A stretch of 62,954 bases of DNA, counting the filler, from Olpidium bornovanus S191 (Eukaryota; Fungi; Olpidiomycota), in NCBI GenBank assembly GCA_017911155.1. It is 28 parts of 28 records of this genome, joined end to end, with 100 filler letters (N's around TTAATTAATTAA, not from the genome) between each part and the next. Parts side by side here need not be neighbours in the genome. Positions count along the whole stretch, not along the records: positions 58,933 to 61,569 come from JAEFCI010003659.1; positions 61,670 to 62,954 come from JAEFCI010010744.1; 26 more parts are not named here. One strand, 5' to 3'. Of this stretch, positions 61,229-62,954 are shown one piece after another. The notes below the pieces were generated by a model. The model did no database searches. It was not told the origin of the DNA and saw nothing but the letters and a program-made list of their open reading frames with translations. Numbering within the stretch: the stretch's first letter is position 1; each line of letters begins with the position of its first letter. The position numbers and the translations under genes are program-made.

Positions 61229-62954
61229 TCCTGGCAGAGAAGCACGTCTATCCTACCACGGGCTGCCAGGCCGAGCCCGGAGCGGTGTGGATTAGGTCCG
61301 GCAGCGTCGCTCTCAATTGGGCGCGTTGTCTCGCCAAGATTCTTCCCGCATACGTCGTCGCGCCCATCCTTTCCCAGTGATTCCACTTGAATCTGTTGGT
61401 CCATCGGACGCACATGCGTTCGAGTTTTCCGGGAAGGTCGCACAGCCAAAAAAAAAAAAAAAAAGTCAACCACTGCTATTAGACGGGCGTTGAAAGGCGC
61501 TTAACAACCCCAACCCTGCGCCTCCCTTTACCTCATTCATTGCAGAAGCAAAATGGGGTGTTTTATTCCNNNNNNNNNNNNNNNNNNNNNNNNNNNNNNN
61601 NNNNNNNNNNNNNTTAATTAATTAANNNNNNNNNNNNNNNNNNNNNNNNNNNNNNNNNNNNNNNNNNNNCCCCCCCCCCCCCCCCCCCCCCCCCAACCGC
61701 CCCGGGGAAACGGGAGAGGCGGACGTCGATGGCAGCGGAGGCGGCGGGCGAAATAGGGCCGTCCCGCTACTCTCGGCGGGGGGGGCGGACGGGCGGGGGG
61801 ATGAGCGATGGGGGAGGGGGGGGGGGGGGGGGGGGGGAGGTAGAGTGTGATATCCTGGGGAATCCCCGCCTACCGCGATTTCTGGCTGCGAGGTTTAGGG
61901 TTTCATAAAAGCCACCAAAAATGCGTCCAGTGACAAACGACGGGCCGCGAGAACCGCTTCGTTTGATAAACGCCGACTGAGATTTTTTTCATTTGGCAGT
62001 GTGCAAAAAAAAACCGGCGAAGCGAGATCTCGACCGGGCGTCGAGCGACGCGGGGTGAAGGGACAGAGCTTACCGGCAGCCGAGCGCGGCGACAGCAGGC
62101 GACGGCACGCGAACGCGGCCCGGGGCGGCCAGCCGACGGGGCCGTGACGACCGTCTGACGCGGGGGCGGAGGCGGGGGAACGACGTCAGAACGGCGCGCG
62201 CGGCTTGTCGCGGGAAGACGCCGGCAGCGGTCGAGCACGGGGGCTTTTGTTCGGCTTCGTCCGCGGCGGCGGTTGCGGCGGCCGCCGGGCGCGCGGGCGG
62301 GTTGGACGGGGAAGCCAAAAAATAAATAAAAAAAAAACAATTTCAGAGGTTTGCACCGACGACGGAAAAAAAAATCCCCTGCGGCGGACAAAAAAAAAAG
62401 GAAACGAGGTGAAGAGCCGACGACAGCAGGACGCGCGCAGGGGTCGGACGCGGTGCGAGGACGGCCCGTCCGTAGCGCGAGGCGCGTTGAAACCCGCCTT
62501 GGGCGGACCTCCCGCCCACGTCCGCGGCAGTTCCTCTGCGAACAGAGGAAGAGAATAAAAACAAGAAAAGAGTCGAAGCCGGAGGGCGAAACTTTTTTGC
62601 GCACACGGCAGAAAGCCGCTTTGCCTCGGCGATGTGCATTACGGCAGCCTTGCTTCTGAGCTCCGGTGGCACGACACACCCCCCGCCCCGTCTCCGTTGC
62701 GTGCGTGTGCGTGTGCGTGTGCGTGTGCGTGTGCGTGTGCGCGTGCGTGTGCGTGTGCGTGTGCGGGTGCGGGTGCGGCGCGCAGGTGAAAATAACGGGC
62801 GCCAAGTAGCCGGCGGGGGAGAGGTGGAGAAGGCATGAATATGTCATCGACTTATTAAGGGATGATGACACCTGTTGACCCTCACAACTGGGACAGGGAC
62901 CTTTGAAGTCTTGTTCCACACTGGCGGATTCTCGGTTGGCCCGAATATCATCTC

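Noticed and set aside
62860-62954. ATGATGA near the window end as a C/D snoRNA C box
   Set aside because: No CTGA D box before the window ends. The minus strand is open and ends in a GT donor, so an unidentified exon is equally likely.

Overview
This window is not one locus. It is 28 short eukaryotic contigs (about 1-4 kb each) joined by 27 identical 100-bp artificial linkers (44 N + TTAATTAATTAA + 44 N), so gene adjacency across a linker is meaningless. The genes are intron-rich (GT-AG, CTRAY-type branch points) and use the standard code. They include four ciliary genes (IFT70/TTC30, DNAAF5, TMEM17, a CCDC40-like fragment) plus fungal-type genes (Brr6/Brl1, Suc1-like Cks1, PEX11, chytrid-type P450). 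This points to a GC-rich, zoosporic early-diverging fungus; the style fits an Olpidium-like draft assembly, but that is unverified inference. Mostly partial housekeeping genes can be rebuilt by splicing: Topors-like, TBP, CKS1, TilS-like, a mitochondrial carrier, ZW10, a CDF/MTP transporter, malic enzyme, ARF1, a Zn-dependent dehydrogenase, RPL21, PRMT1, ARL8, a TBC protein, a C2H2 factor and ITFG1. There are two LTR-retrotransposon relics (gag with PBS; copia RT), a disrupted P450 and several unexplained repeat arrays. Most long ORFs in the supplied track are artefacts of GC-rich, homopolymer or microsatellite sequence. I found no convincing new multi-gene system and no CRISPR, rRNA or tRNA. 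The best leads are: an AT-rich 33-bp dyad repeat array (29.2-29.5 kb); an intron-containing small membrane protein resembling a bacterial family; a recurrent GTCACGTGAC promoter motif; frequent AAG acceptors, two apparent GG donors and a 7-nt microexon; and a strong CATG bias at contig ends, probably technical. All protein assignments are from recalled motifs, not database searches.
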